NCBI GenBank assembly: GCA_965644295.1
Contig: CBFFRP010000182.1
Coordinates: forward strand, 62,001 to 126,000
Length of the DNA: 64,000 nt
Source: Paraphysomonas bandaiensis
Lineage: Eukaryota; Protista; Chrysophyceae
Direction of reading: 5' to 3'
This document shows, piece by piece, positions 1 to 14,800 of the stretch. The notes under the pieces are model-generated. The model was not told the origin of the DNA, ran no database searches, and saw only the letters and a program-made list of their open reading frames with translations. A program made the translations under genes and the position numbers. Within the stretch, counting starts at the first letter, position 1. The number at the start of each line of letters is the position of its first letter.

Positions 1-1187
1 CATTCTTTAAGTAAAGAATACAAAAAGACGCTGCTTTTTCTATTTGCAGCGTGTTTTAAAACTACATTTGATTTTTAAACTTTGATACTCATAGCTTCAA
101 ACTTTTTCACTTTTATTTCAAATTTCCCAACGATAGCAGATAAGTGTAGGTGCTGAAAACCCCTACAAGATTATTGAGCTATTGAATAACTTTGCAACTT
201 GAGTCAGGATAATTGTGGACAAAGATGCAAAAAACGAGTTACACTAAAAACTCACCCGCTGGAGACAGAATATTCACAATCACTTCGCAGTTTAGGCATG
301 GGCACACAACGTAAGAGTTCCACTTTACAAGTTTCACTGTCAGATCTTCAAGGCTGCCTGGAGGTACTGTGCAAGTTTGCCGAGGTATTATCAACTTGAC
401 ACAGTGCCAAAATTACATGCGGTGGTTGTCAACAAGTGCAATGGAATAGTTGAGAACGTCTTTGAGACAGGCGCAATGAAGGAGACTCATTTGCAATGTC
501 AGCACAGTATGGAACACGGTGTGTCATGCATTGCATAGCTGGTCTAAGACTGACTATCTTTACTCTTTCTCAATCCTTTTTAATGTCGTGTTGAAAAAGG
601 GAAGATATATTTCATCATTGTGAATCCATCCATTGCAGTGTTATGCATGTGTGTTGTGTCCAATTCACAGTACATGTATGTACAGTACATACCTGCCTGG
701 CCACTGGTATGTTCATAAACCCCTGAAAAATCCGAAATATGTGGGTTATTTATGGTGAAGGGAATTAGGATTTGACAAAAAAAACGCCATTATTATAAAC
801 CTTTAAAAATCCACGACTATCGTCTGTATGTCCAGACATCGTACGACCATATCGTAGTGTACAAAAAAAATATTCTTAAACAGAATTTCATGTAAAATAC
901 TGTACAGTATACCAGTATACAAGTGGTTTTCAGCGTAAAAAACAGGCCTTTTTAATATTTATTCACTCAAATATGCCTAATATTAGCTTGAATCTGGTAT
1001 ACCCAGATGTTAATTACTGTATAAACTGCAGTGAATATATATATATATATATAACCACTCCAGTTCTAAAGTGGCCTTCTTCCTTCTTCGAATATTTACT
1101 GAGACAGTGTCGAATGTTAGTATAGCAACATATACAACATACATACATACATTAACTAACTTATATAAGACAAAGAATAAAATAATA

Positions 1188-2141
1188 ATGATCCCATTCG
1201 TTCATTCGTTTGGTCCATTAAATGGAAGTCGTGGACCTCAACAATTTCTAGAGAAATATCGTTGTAATTCAATGGCATTTTCAGGTCGTGAATTAGAAGA
1301 TGGTGATAAAATACTATTACCTCAATCTGCTTTAATGAAATTAGCGGATATGAATGTGGACTATCCGATGCTCTTTCAGTTAACTAACCCTGCAATGGAT
1401 AAGAAAACACACTGTGGAGTGTATGAGTTTAGTGCTCAAGAGGGTCAGTGTTACATTCCATTTTGGATGATGCAAAATTTAATGCTAGGAGAGGGTGCTT
1501 TGATATCAGTTAAAAATGTATCACTACCGAAGGCTAAATACGTGAAATTTCGTCCTCAATCTGTAGATTTTTTGGATATTTCTAATCCAAGAGCTGTTCT
1601 TGAGAAAACTTTGAGAAATTATACTTGTGTGACGACAGGGGATCAAATTTGCATCCGTTACCTTGACAAGAATTTATACTTAGAAGTAGTTGAAGTAAAG
1701 CCTAATGGTGCGGCTTCTATTGTGGAGACCGATTGTGAAGTGGACTTTGCAGAACCGGTTGGGTATGTCCCTCCTCCTAAACCATCTTCAACTTCGTCAT
1801 CCCCCTCGGTGGAAAGTATGGGTTCTTCAGGAAGTGTAATATCTGCTCCACGTACGGTACAGCGAGCACGTGCGCATGATGAGCAAGCCAAAGCGGAGGA
1901 GAACTCAAAAAAATTTAAACCCTTTTCGGGGAAGGCCGTTCGAGTAGATGGCAAGCCAGGAAACTCTCCTGTTGATGGTGTGGAGTCGAAGAACGACGGG
2001 ACTCCACCCCTCCCACCTTCTGCACCTTCCTCCGCTGCTGGGGCAGCTGCCATGGCTAGACAGTCACTAGTTGGAAATAAATACTCGAAAAAGAAAGTTG
2101 CAGTTAGTGCATTTACGGGAAAAGCACACACTTTAAAATGA
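1188..2141 (+). CDS. UFD1: Ubiquitin fusion degradation protein 1 (Cdc48 cofactor)
   Basis: Motifs GDKILLPQSAL, YPMLFQL, THCGVYEFSA, FLDISNPRAVLE, SIVETDCEVDF and C-terminal SHP-like FSGKA/FTGKA. First ATG in frame is at 1188. Intronless. Confidence 0.95.
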   Translation: MIPFVHSFGPLNGSRGPQQFLEKYRCNSMAFSGRELEDGDKILLPQSALMKLADMNVDYPMLFQLTNPAMDKKTHCGVYEFSAQEGQCYIPFWMMQNLMLGEGALISVKNVSLPKAKYVKFRPQSVDFLDISNPRAVLEKTLRNYTCVTTGDQICIRYLDKNLYLEVVEVKPNGAASIVETDCEVDFAEPVGYVPPPKPSSTSSSPSVESMGSSGSVISAPRTVQRARAHDEQAKAEENSKKFKPFSGKAVRVDGKPGNSPVDGVESKNDGTPPLPPSAPSSAAGAAAMARQSLVGNKYSKKKVAVSAFTGKAHTLK

Positions 2142-2622
2142 AAAGTTGACTTGTTGTACACGTAACGTTAAAGCTAATATGGACATCTCATGAATCAGTA
2201 GTAATATTTTCATGGCGGTTGGTTTATAAATGTCGTAATTTAATAAGCCATAGCAATGTAATTTGTAGGCTTCGTTTTAGTTTTATGAGTAGTTGATATT
2301 CCTCACTCCACACAAACGTTATTCGGTGGGCCTTAAAGTTGGTACCTGTGGGTAGTGGGTAGGTCGGTAGCATTTTTATACCTACTATATTTTCCATTAG
2401 TTCCTACTAAACTAGAAAGTGCCATTTATTCCAACTATCTTTCGCAGATGTTTCTACGTTTCTACTAGACTAAAAATGACAGTTGAGCCGTAATGAAATG
2501 AAGAATAATCGAATAAAATTCCTACCTTGATAGGGACACACGTAGAACGTAGGGACTCCCACTAAATATAGAAGGAGCAAATGACACTTCTTAGGTTAGT
2601 AGGAAATTTAGAAGAGACAAAT

Positions 2623-3011
2623 TGTTGTAAGGCAATAACAAGCCACAAGTTGATAGTAATGATAGTGTTATTAACTTGTTTTATCAGAGGTTATCTGTGA
2701 TAATAATGACTAGCATTCTAATCTATCTTTTATCACGGACTACACCTACAGCTCACACCTTGGGCATATATATGCCCTTACTCTATTATACCAATCCACT
2801 GTATATATTGGACTGTACATATCCTACATGTCATCATACACCGTATAACGGTATACCGTTACCCTACGGTATACTGTAGCTGGCTGTCTTCACTACAATG
2901 TATATATCCTGTATACTATGCACCCACTGTATAGTGCAGTATACAGCTGTATACTACCAAGCCAAGCTCACAATCCAACGACAGTCAATGTCCTATACGG
3001 GGATGACAACA
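2623..3011. mobile_element. Solo LTR, family A
   Basis: Starts TGTTG and ends CAACA, flanked by 5-bp TSD CAAAT (2618-2622 and 3012-3016). A reverse-complement homolog lies at 58672-59051. Confidence 0.9.
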
Positions 3012-3805
3012 CAAATATATTACCGGTAGGTAGGTACGTAGTACGTATGTACCTATTAGCATGGTAGGTATATTATCGGGCCTATAGTTACCTAATTTAG
3101 CCCACAGCTTACTCTAGACTCTGGAACTGTGGTATAGTTATATTTCACGATTAGTCGTAAGAAAGATTTGCAGGACTACGTAACAATTAATTGTCAATTA
3201 ATTGGCGCAAGTTGTAGAGTATTATAATCGCAATTATTTGCTCTCCCAATTTATTAATTAATACATTATACATTAATACTAAACAATAAACAACGTACGT
3301 ATATAGCTATACATCAACTGCCAACATAGCTTATTCAACTGTTTTCTAGGCAATATAATTCCGCAGTTAAACTTTGCTGCTACCAAGGATAAATTGCAGC
3401 ATATTATTTGGTGGTGCCAAGTTCATTAATCTTTAAATAGAAAATTTGTTGAAGTTGGTGAGCTGTCGAAATGTGGTTTTAATGTTTGTATAGTCTATAG
3501 TCTACAGTGTGAAAATGTAAAAGACTGAAGCATTTAGCAAACTATCGGTGCCAGCTTATTCAGTTTCTTTAGTATGCGTATTACGCTTTCGAATTAATCA
3601 GGCTACTCCTATCATATATCGATGACAAAGAGTCACACATGAGGACACACAAAAAAATTGTTGCATTGTACCGAAAAATCAGTGACAATTCAATATATAC
3701 TACTACTTGAATACGATGTTAAATGTACAACGTATTATGTACTTGATATCACTGAAACTATCTTTCTCAACAATGAGATGTTAATATCACTCCCATTTCA
3801 TGAAA

Positions 3806-4777
3806 TCAATCAGAGAATTGATTGGATTTACGAAGTGAGTTCATCACATATTCACTGTTTTGAGTCGATTCGGGTGAAATGTTACTTTCAGAAGCTGAAA
3901 AGGAAGAAGAAAAGAGCATTGATGATGCTATTCCCCAACCCGATTCCCTTCCTGTTGTCCAAAGGTATAGTACATCCAAGTCGGGGAAAGTACGCTGGTG
4001 TCTGAAGTAATGAGCACCCACCGCAGTGCCACTGGATGATATGCATATCGCCGACAAAGCCCAAAGCACAGGTCCTTTTTTACCTGTTATAATCTCATCT
4101 GCAATTGCAATAACGCGAGGCAGCCAAGCGATGGCAAATATTAGCGGGTACACTTTAAGTTTTTTCACAACAAGGAAGAGTTGCCCCTCATCAGAACGAC
4201 TTCTAGGATCACCCTCGCATCCAATTTCTAGAGCTTTCCGATAGGTCAACACATAGATAACAATATCTACCAAAACACAAGAATACAGTGGTACCAAAAA
4301 TGCAAAAATATAAGCATACAGGGCATTCTGATTATTGTCACTTTTAAAAATATCACTCTCACAATACAACTCTGCAGCTCTAAAGGACACCAAGATTGTG
4401 ATGGCAGCCAATGCACATACTAGGGCCAGGCAGCTTAGCTTTAGAATTTGGGTTGTTGTGGGTGGTTGAAAAGTGTACAAAATATGCATGGAGACACCGC
4501 ATATGACAACTGTCAGGAATGCCTTGCATAAACTTCCGGCTTCAAGCATATACTCTTGCCTGGAGCATATATAAAATGAACTCGAGTATTTCGGACCCAA
4601 AAACCATGAACTGGATTGCAGTATATCAAATAATGCCAATCCAAATATAAGTTGTTGAAAGAATTGTCCCCATAATTTCGGTACTAATGCAACATTGAGG
4701 ACCACTAGAAGAGATACGAGACATGATACTGACGAGCTTACTAACCATATGATGTAATAACCCCGAGCATCATTCAT
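3806..4777 (-). CDS. 7TM GPCR, cAMP-receptor (CAR/Crl)-like
   Basis: Seven hydrophobic segments; LIFGLALFDIL in TM2, C..QEY at TM3, KKLKVYPLIFAIAWLP in TM6. Likely ATG at 4777. Confidence 0.75.
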   Translation of the reverse strand: MNDARGYYIIWLVSSSVSCLVSLLVVLNVALVPKLWGQFFQQLIFGLALFDILQSSSWFLGPKYSSSFYICSRQEYMLEAGSLCKAFLTVVICGVSMHILYTFQPPTTTQILKLSCLALVCALAAITILVSFRAAELYCESDIFKSDNNQNALYAYIFAFLVPLYSCVLVDIVIYVLTYRKALEIGCEGDPRSRSDEGQLFLVVKKLKVYPLIFAIAWLPRVIAIADEIITGKKGPVLWALSAICISSSGTAVGAHYFRHQRTFPDLDVLYLWTTGRESGWGIASSMLFSSSFSASESNISPESTQNSEYVMNSLRKSNQFSD

Positions 4778-5236
4778 GTGAAATGCAAGATTAATTTGTT
4801 GGTTACTTATAAGTTTATTGTTATGTAAACTATATGAAGAGTTACAGTTACAGATATGGCGATGCGATAGACTTGACTGCCTGCAGATACGTAGGAGTAC
4901 CACAACCCGCATCAGATACATGGATACAGCAGAAATATAGTACCTTTTTTGTATATAAAAATACAAATAAAGAGATGATAGATCTCAGAAAACCCACTCT
5001 TTTTTGAGCGAAAAAAGGCATTCTGCGTAAAATATGGGCTTTTTTTTATTGAAAGGCCATTTTCATAGAAATTCTAGGAATTCCTGGACCAATACATACA
5101 CTTCTACACACACAACAGGCAGTGCGTGTATCACCTGCATGCATGCATACAGCAGTGGCACATCTTTCTATTCTGTTGAAGGCATGTGACTATATATTCA
5201 CAGTATATTAACAATCATACATCTGATAGAAGAGTT

Positions 5237-7116
5237 ATGTCAAAGACTTTCTCACATAAAGAGTTAATGAAACTCTATCGTTCTGGCTCATCTGCTTCAT
5301 CCAATGGATCTCAAGTGAGCAGTGAGCTCATCTCAGGGGACACTGTACTCAAACGCCTTCAACAAATAAGTTATCTGAACAGTCGAAGGTAACGATTGAT
5401 CTCATATAATGAGTGTATTAATAATAAACTAATAGAGCCGTTGCACCCAAACAGTCATTAGATTCAACTGAAAATACGATTGCGATATGTCTGGTTATAG
5501 TGGATGAACTTCGACATGAGAGTATATGGAGGGAATGGATTGAACAAGGCAGTAATGGGCCATACAAGGCTGAACTTTTCATTCATGCTAAATACCCAGA
5601 TAAAATTAGATCTAACTGGGTTCGAATGCGAACTTTAGACCATTCTTATCTTCCGGAGTGGAATTCTCCAGAGGTTATTCGTGCAATGCTAGCGGTTCTA
5701 AAACAAGCAGTATCCAACCCCTCTTGTGGTAGATTTGTATTTGGGACAGGTGATATTCGGTGTGTTGCGGAGTGCGAATAGTAATGACTCTTATCTATGA
5801 CATGCAAAACGCCATTGTGTGATAACTTTTTTACAGAGTCGTGTATTCCGATATACCCCTTGCAAGAAGCTGGAACAATTCTGTTCGCTTCGGATAGAAG
5901 TTGGCTTGATGCCTACCACATGCCTAAGGTATGTCCATGTTCTCATTAATGAGCTGTCCCGTGACATAATTGAATGCGTGACTGGGATGCAGATCTATCA
6001 TATATACAAAGTAGAATTACATGAAACTTGCAGCGCATGCATATCGTGTATCTATTGCATCGTGTTGTTTTTCTTGCGACATATATATATGGCATTGATT
6101 CTTACTTCTGCCATATTCCATGTGTAAGTTTAATTTCATTCCGTGCAGGACACATACGAGGAACACTATTGCTTTCGTGCTGTTGACCCAAGCATCATAC
6201 CTCCCAAGGTACATTCCATTTGGTTATAGGCTTCTGATTTTACGCAGTTAGTGCACTGACATCTCATTCTGTTTAATTTAAGACTTTCTATAAAATATCT
6301 TGTGAAACTTGGAAGTCGCTTTCTGTTCACATGATTTATACGATGTGTAGGACGTTTGGAAAGCCTTGCCTGGATGGATAATGCTTACACGTCGCCATGC
6401 TGTAGACGTCTTATCGCTGCCGGATAGAGCACGTACGGATGACCTTGTGGTGGCATGGAACACTGTACATGCTCCTGAAGAGGTGAGTTTTATGTAGTGG
6501 GTAGCAATGACTGGAACAAGGTTTCCTGGACCAGTATATCTTTATTTGCCAGTAGCGGGTATATGGTTTTGGTGTAAAGTCTATAAAGCGTATCAGCAGT
6601 AGCACCGAAACATAATATTTTCATTCGCGCTGATATTCCGGAACACAATGATTATACCTTTATTACAAATTACTTCAGGTTTATTTCCCTACGATGCTGG
6701 CTCTTCTTGGGTATTTGCGGGATGAAGTGCCTGGTAGGGAGCAATGGGACGAGGTTGTTAGACGGAGTGTGACACATGCGGAATGGAAACGCAGAGGAGA
6801 TGCGAATCCGATCACGTACGACTTATTATCGGATTGCTTGCTCAGACGACTCCGTAATACTGGTGCTGTTTTTGCCCGGAAGTTTACATGTGCTGGTGCA
6901 CCAGTTGACGTGTGGAGGGATTTAGTTTGTACTTCTGCTCCTGATATAGTACCTGCACAAACAGCATCATTGGACGTGAGAAAGCTGGATGAGTACAGTG
7001 CAGCAACTGAAGCCAGTGTTATACGAATCGAGAAAAGGGATGCCTCTTTGCTAGATAGCAACATTGAAACGACCGGATCATTCTTAAGGGAAGATAAGAA
7101 AATGAGAATTAGGTAA
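5237..7116 (+). CDS. Core-2/I-branching (GT14/Branch family) glycosyltransferase-like protein, multi-exon
   Basis: Spliced motifs IWREW..ELFIHAK, RFVFGTESCIPIY, KALPGWIMLTRRHA, APEEVYFPTML, VTHAEW, AVFARKF. Exon boundaries approximate. Confidence 0.75.
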
Positions 7117-7579
7117 CTGTGGCATATATGTAAAAATGTTAGTTCTCTGTGTGATCGTCTCCATTGACTTTATATATTCGGTTCGATATTAAATGTCGCA
7201 ATACTATGTTATGACTTCAGATATAACATACTGCACATTAACGATAAATATGGAAAATGGAAAGTACTAAAGTTCAACTGTATTTGTACATGTATTGCAA
7301 GCTCTTACGTATGTACCTAAATCGACATACGATATACAAACTTAGAGCAAGGGGACACTACGTTTCTGTTGACGCTAGTCTAGAGTCCATAAACTACAAC
7401 TCATATCTTTGATGTTCATTTAATTGTACATTGTCATCATGCTTCCCTATGACAGTTAATCAAAAATCAATACCCGAACAGATACAGGATACAGTTCCTG
7501 GAAATTCAATTTCTATGCACAATAACAGACTGTGTTATTGCTAACTTCGTAAACACACCACCACTAGGAAATATTAAAT

Positions 7580-8999
7580 TCATTCAAAATCTTCATCAAA
7601 ATCTGAGACACTATATCGCCATCCAATAGGGTTATCACTCGTTTCCATTCTAGTGTCTGAACTGTTTTTGTGACTGTCTTGTCCCGAATTGTTCTCGTTT
7701 TCATTCCTACTCCAGGTACTGAAAGCTCCTCCAGAAAATACAGTCATCGCTATACCAAAAAAACTACCACTTCGAGCTCCTGAGCTCGATGATTCTCTCA
7801 GGAGAGGGTCAGACGAACAGAAACATTTATTTAAGAGACCTTTCCAGTGTTTGATCACATTCGGATTAACGCCATAAGCCACTGCATCCAGAAACCCCTG
7901 ATGAAAAGCAAAGTGAATACTCAGATCTGAAGTAAACAATGAAATATAGTGTAAGTCGAAGCTCTATTCATGTATCAAGGTAAAGAGTATGGGGTTGCAT
8001 ACGCATGACAATGCTCTAAGTCACCTGTAACCTCAACGACACTTCTGCCAATAGTACAAGGGTACGGTAGTGGTGATTGAAGACCTGCAATATTCTACAA
8101 CGGCAATACTGTGATATCGTGGCACGGACACATACATCAATTTATGCGACACATAGACAATTCAAATGACAATTACATTCATAAGGATACCTTCTAGTAA
8201 AGGGCAATATATATACGGCAACCAATATTATAGGGTACCAGTAGAGACGACTAACTACCCTCTGCGCCTTCTTCCGAGAAGTCCCAACGGAATCGTTCTG
8301 ACACAATGATTTTGTTTTATTTCAAACGTATATATGTATAAGAGCTGATACACAAGCTACAACATGGAAACGTACTTTCCAGCCATTAATATGGCCAATA
8401 ACACGACTGTAGACAACAGATATGTAGCCTACTCCAAGCACAAGAGGCGCATAAAATGTTACCACTTCCCACATATACCCTATATGATTCCGAACTTCGT
8501 TTCCTTCCTCAAAGTCAGTTTTGATCCAGCAGTATATATCACCATCATTTCTGCCATAGCTGTCAGTTGTTAATGGAAGAGCTGCGAGAACTAGTGGCGT
8601 TCCCCACACAAAGGCGTAGTGCCACGTTTCAATTTGAAACTGAATATGTCTCTGATCAAACAAGTCTCTTCTATAACCATCAAATATCCTGCGAATTGAA
8701 GTGGAGACAACAATAGCGGTACAAATGGTTATTAGAGAGAAGTAAGATACAGTGACAGCTGATGTAATACAGAGATGGCCATAGAAGCTACTCCCAATAA
8801 CTCCTAGTGCACCAATAGCAAGCCACACAGCAAAAACCTAATCAGTTTACTGACATCAACTCATCATGAAGGATCATATGGTGCCTACCTGTGAAGTGGT
8901 TCGAGATTCAGGGAATATAAAATATGTGGATATAGTGAACAATGAGCCTGATATAGTCAACGCTATAGCAACGTATAGTGCTACATAAGGCAGCCACAT
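7580..8999 (-). CDS. Second cAMP-receptor-like 7TM GPCR, multi-exon
   Basis: Exon 1 encodes TM1 (MWLPYVALYVAIALTISGSLFTISTYFIF) followed by a GT donor. Later HYAFVWGTPLVLAALPLTTDSYG..YCWIK, FYAPL, RLLRYPII and QGFLDAVAYG, typical of the CAR-like family. Confidence 0.75.
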
Positions 9000-10787
9000 A
9001 ATAGCCCGTGTGTGGGATATAGTTCAGTTCAGCACAGAGGGCATATCGATTTAAGGGTCCTTGTAATGCAAGGGAGTGTGCTGTACATAGTGAGCACATG
9101 CATGTACATAACTGAAGCATCCAGCAATCGTAGTGCTGTAGTACACTGCTGTAAACTGTACTACCGTTTCTTACATCTAAGTGGTATTCCAATGTATACA
9201 TAATACTACAAGTACTGGACTACAGTGTACATGCATTGCTGTCGCTCCTGTCTGTTGGATATCTAGATATGCATATCTACTGCACATATATATACAATAC
9301 CTCTATCACGATAGATACACACCACCAGTCCTCATACCTCAGCTACGAGCATATCTTATGCAATTTAAATAGTACCACAATACTCTTGATGTGGATCAGA
9401 TATCAGTAATCGAAACAGCGTCTACTAAAACAAGAAATGTATTAAATCCTTATCACATCAATGCTGCTTTTCCAATGAATGGATTTGCAATCTAATACAA
9501 GTTATTTATTAAGTAAGTGATAGCATTTTAACGATTTTTTATTGGTTCGCGATATGCAACAATATACATGAAAATTTCCCCTTAAATCTCCCATGAAATG
9601 CTGATTATTCTTTAATATCTGTGTTAGTTATGGGTATGATAATTTTTTGCTTCATGTAATACTGATTGTATATTAGACTCCTGAAGTATTTCGAATTTTT
9701 AACTGAGTATTCATAAAAGAACCAGCAGGGCATTTGTATATTGCTATATTTTAACTAGTTCTTTTTATTCGTATTACACCCCGAATCGCGACAAGTACAT
9801 TAAAAATTGCACAGAGATTTATTACCAATGTAGTTTTATTTACTTCTAAGCTCTGTACTCCTATACCTGGATATGACAGCTAGAGAGAGTTAATGCGTCA
9901 AAGTATTCCTTTTAATAACGTTGAACAGTGCAGATATCTCAGTTCAAATACATTAACCATTAGTATGTTGTATGTTCGTATGTAATATGTTCATCTCTTG
10001 CATTATTTTGTTGCCGGGATAGTATTTGTTACAGTCATCACCAGTGTATTAAGAGCAATGCATAGTGAACCCTAACTAACCACGATATTCTTATACAGGT
10101 AAAAGAGATAGTGAGCTAATAATACAGCGTGCATGGTATCTCATACTCCATATTCTATATAGATTATAGTCTGCTATCTGCTATAGTATCATTGTTTGTA
10201 TGTTTGTATGATTATACTTTATCCTCTATGAGCTAATAATTCTCAATATGAAGCGAATTTACTTGACTATAATTCAGAAATTATGAAGTATAAGTATGTG
10301 AAAGGGTGTGAGGTGTGTAGAGATGTGTAAATTGCGTAGTGAAGCGTCAGATTTACAAACAACATAATATAGTGGTTGAGTTTACGCATGAGTAAAGGAT
10401 ACACCTCTTCAATGTATCTTTTAAATATTTAATACCGTCACAGGCAACAGTGGTATCAATTAATTATGCAATTAAAGATCATTCCACCTCTCTTGTCTTG
10501 AATTAGTAGTAGTCGACTTGCGAACACGAAGCGTACAGCTTGTATCGGAGCAGTTCAATACGTATTACATATCACTAAGCGAAACTCATATCTAAAGAGT
10601 CAATACGTAGTATTTAGTAATCTACTTTATTGTACTTTCTCGTCCTGTATTTAGTGGAACTAATATTAACTACAGTAGCCTGTCAACCATGACTCTTATA
10701 TTCAGAATCAACACTGGAAAGCGAAAAGAAACCGCATTGCTATTGCATTAGAAGATGCTTATTAAAGAAATGACTTCAGCTGAAAGC

Positions 10788-11257
10788 TTAAGCCTGCTGA
10801 GACTTGACGTACTTAAGCACGACATTAACGGCGGGGGTCTCCTCACCAAAGTCGGTGATGACAGCGCAGGAAGTGCGAACAACCTTGCGGGGAGTACCAT
10901 CCTCGTTAAGCTTAGCAAGACCGCACCATTCTCCGATGTCCTTGCCAGAATCAACCATGATGAGGTGGACACCACTCTCCTCGCAAAGAGCTTGGATAAG
11001 GCGTACATACTCCTCGTGGTCGCAGTCCTTGGCGAGGCAGCACAGACGGGCAGCACGACGGTCAAGAGCCTTGGCACACCTATAACAACACAGTTAGGTA
11101 CAAATAACATATATCACAATGCACATTACTCGTGAATGCCACGACGAAGACCGTCATAGACAGCAGCCTTCTTAAAGACCTCCTTGAGGGCCTGCAAGAC
11201 ATCCATGTCTCCCTCTTCCTGAACCTCCATCACTTCTTGCTCAGCATCGTTTGACAT
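10788..11257 (-). CDS. RPS12: 40S ribosomal protein S12 (eS12), 2 exons
   Basis: MDVLQALKEVFKKAAVYDGLRRGIHE|CAKALDRRAARLCCLAKDCD...GEWCGLAK..G.PRKVVRTSCAVITDFGEE. Stop at 10788. Confidence 0.95.
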
Positions 11258-11834
11258 TATTACTTCCTCGCCTTTGGGCTCAGCTAATAATTAATTATTC
11301 AATTAATATATTATGAGGCTACCACAGTCCTTTATTTTCATGCTAAATACCGAACCATCAAGACAATATAATCTTGAAGAGACGTCCCTTCAGTGAATTC
11401 TATAAACTGAAAATTGATTTGGTGGTGTTCAGAGTACAGTCGAGTACAAGTGTATATATGTAAACAGAGTATACAGAGTATACAGTATCTGTATATATAA
11501 ACTGCAACTTGTAACTGCCCATTACGGCCAAGTTACGTACTTGAGATACACATACTCAACTGCACTGTATATACCATACATACAGAGACATACATAGAAA
11601 CATATGTACGATGATACACGTGCATATGATGCATGTACGATACTGTACAATGATATGAATGTACAGTATGTTAAATAGCGATCGAGAGAACCATCTTCTA
11701 TATTCATTAATATGATATACTGATACTTGTATATCAATGAATTGAGTTCAGATATATCTGGAGCTCCTTGTAGTAAAGTAGAGATGCTTCATACCTGTAT
11801 GACTATATAGTTAAACAGTAAATAAGAGTGTAAT

Positions 11835-14800
11835 ATGAGTAGTATTGATGCCAAGCTGTGAGTATCTTCAGTCTTATAGAGTTATTATTCATATATCTGT
11901 TACAGTGAGTCTCTGAAGTATGAGAAGGAGTTAGCTGAGACTCGTCGGCAAGAAACACTCAAGACTTCACCTCTACTTAATCTGAAAGAGTCGTACAAAC
12001 GGATAATTGAAAGATCAGAAAAGTATCGTGTGTCTGTTTTACGCAATGTAGCAACATTTGGTAGGCTTTGTAGTCACTATATAGGTGTACTTATTTAACG
12101 AATATCGCAGCGAAATTAACTGATCAGTACATGCTATCAGCCGCTCAAAATATGGAGGAATTGGTATTGCCGTATGGAAGTGTTCTTATACAGCAGGATG
12201 ATGTTGGCGATTCGGTATGAATCTTGCTTTTATTATGCTATTACATGACATAATGATGTATTTGTATAGTTTTATGTAATTCAAGAAGGCCTTGTAAGTG
12301 TAACGGTAAGTTTCTGCTCTTGTACAATGTCGACTCTAACCATCAGCAGCGCAAGGTAAATCCAAGTGATCCCACGGAAACACCTAAAGAGCTTGCGAAG
12401 CTTGGGCCTAATGCGTATATTGGGGAAATTGCCTTGCTTACACAGGAGCCGAGAACGGCTACTGTTACTGTGATCAGTCCTATGGCAAAGATCCTTGTAA
12501 TGACGAAGGCAAAGTTCGACCTTGTAATGCAACAGTGCAGTGCACACCTTTTCAGCGACAAAAAAGAAATTGGTAGGGAGGTTGTCAATAAAGTCCCTCT
12601 TTTCGCCGGACTTTCTGGGTCCAAGAAAAAAAGCATTGTTGACTCAATGCGACCAATGAACTTTCTTCCCAACACCTATATTTGCAGACAGGGGTCCAAT
12701 GGAAACACCTTCTATATAATAGCAGAGGGACATTGTAAGGTTACTGTGAATACGGGGAAAGATGGCGAGAAGGATGTGACCAAGCTCAGACCGGGTGATT
12801 TCTTTGGTGGGTAATGTTTATGTCTATATGCCTGTGTGCAAATGCACGTTGTTGTTAGCATTGCTGACACTCTGTGCAGGAGAAGTAGCCCTAATCGAGC
12901 CATCCAACAAACGTACAGCGAACGTAATTTCAGTAACAACAGTGAGCTGTATGACACTCAGTCGCCACGATTTTACCCAGTTGCTGTCTAATGTGCGCAA
13001 CACTCTTATTGAGAACTCGGCAGTAAGGACACAGGTTTTGCGGAAGGTAAAAAAGGATTCCAGGGGAAGAGGCCAAGTTGGTAAACGACGAGTCACAGGA
13101 TTTGACGAAAATAATCAAAAAGCTTTCGTATTGGTGTCTGGACTACTAAGGCGGATGGCGAGGTCAATGACTGAGTCTCTATGGCTATCTCTCTACTCCC
13201 GCTTTTATAGAGAAGTAACACTTAAGCCGGATGCTATTGAGCAGTACGGGGAGGTCGCCAAGGCAGTCATAGTCATGCACAGCAATAGAGAAAACACTGT
13301 GGCAGCAATAATGCATCAAGTACACGTGATTGGACGCTCTGACCCTAATGACCGAACAGCTGCAGAAAACCAGTTCATGTATGGCGTTATGATGCAGAAA
13401 AACCGTCTTCGGTATGTGTGATGAGTGCCTCTTTCTGTAACTGCGTTAACATTTCTGTATAGTGAGAAGATATGCAAAGGGTGGCCACTATATCAGTACC
13501 GTCTTCTGTGTAGACAGATACGTATTATAAGAGTCAAACCTCTCTCAAAGGTAATGTCTTATGTGCCTGCTTTTTTTCTACATATTGATAGGTGTAATTC
13601 AGGTTGTCGAGGCTGGTACCAATGGGACCTCTGCATATGTGATCCTTCGCGGTTGTGTTCGTGTTTTTTCATCACATGCTGTTGAAGGTATATTTGTTCT
13701 GGTTCACTTGTCATGAATTTATATTTAATTTTGATATTCTTGGGTGCCCTTCTACATTTGATATTTTTAATAGGAGGTACGAAAACTTTCCTCAAGTATG
13801 AGGAAGATCTTTATCCAGGCGACATATTTGCTGAGGCTGCGCTGGATGGAATTCGGTCACGATTGACTACTGTACAAGCAGTAACGAACTGCGATCTTGC
13901 AGTTATCGAATATCAAGACTACACCACCGCAACAATAGAACACAGTCAAAAGGAGTCAGTTGATGATAGATTTCAATTCTTATCCCGAACTACTCTATTG
14001 CGACACTGGGATGGCATTGAGCTCTATCGAATAGCCAGTGTTATGGTGAGAGAGGAGCTTACCAAAGGATCTGTCATTATAAGAAAAGGGGATGTCTCGA
14101 AGAAATTGTGTTTCCTTATGGATGGTAAGATAGACGTTGTAGTTGGCCTTGGTCCTCAGCAGCTTCAACACGTTGTTACGACCATCAAGCAAAACGAATG
14201 TTTTAATGAATCTGGTATACTTACTTACATGGCCCACCAGCAGTCAGGACCTGGACTGTTCGACAGATCCGAGAGTTTTGCTGAGACATGCTATGCTGTT
14301 GCCGGTTCCCACGTAACCGTGCTATGCCTTCAAGAGGCAAGCTATAATTTAATCGATCAAGGTACTGTAGAGAGAATCTTGCACGCATTCAGGGAAAAAA
14401 ATATATGGCGTGTTGCACGTATGAACACGCTACGCGCTGAAAGCAAAAATATTAACAAGTGGAAGAAAAAAATTCAGTTTGAGAGGCAGCTTCAGGATGC
14501 TAAATGGCAACCTCCACCCCGCATCAAACAAATCAAGAAAGACGTTGTAATCAATTCTCTTGATGATATTCCACAACTTTTGGATTCAACGATTGACCCT
14601 ATGTTAGCAATATCAACATGTCGTAACATGAAAGAAATCAAAATGGTTCAGGAATCTATTCGTGAAGCACACAGACCTAAGAGCGCACGAGTGGCAAGTA
14701 CACGAAAGTATTTGTCTTGCGCATCGACTTCGTTGAAACCTCTCGGGCCGAAGCGCATGTCTTATAGCAGGTCGATGGTAGACGATCCCACAGTGGAGGG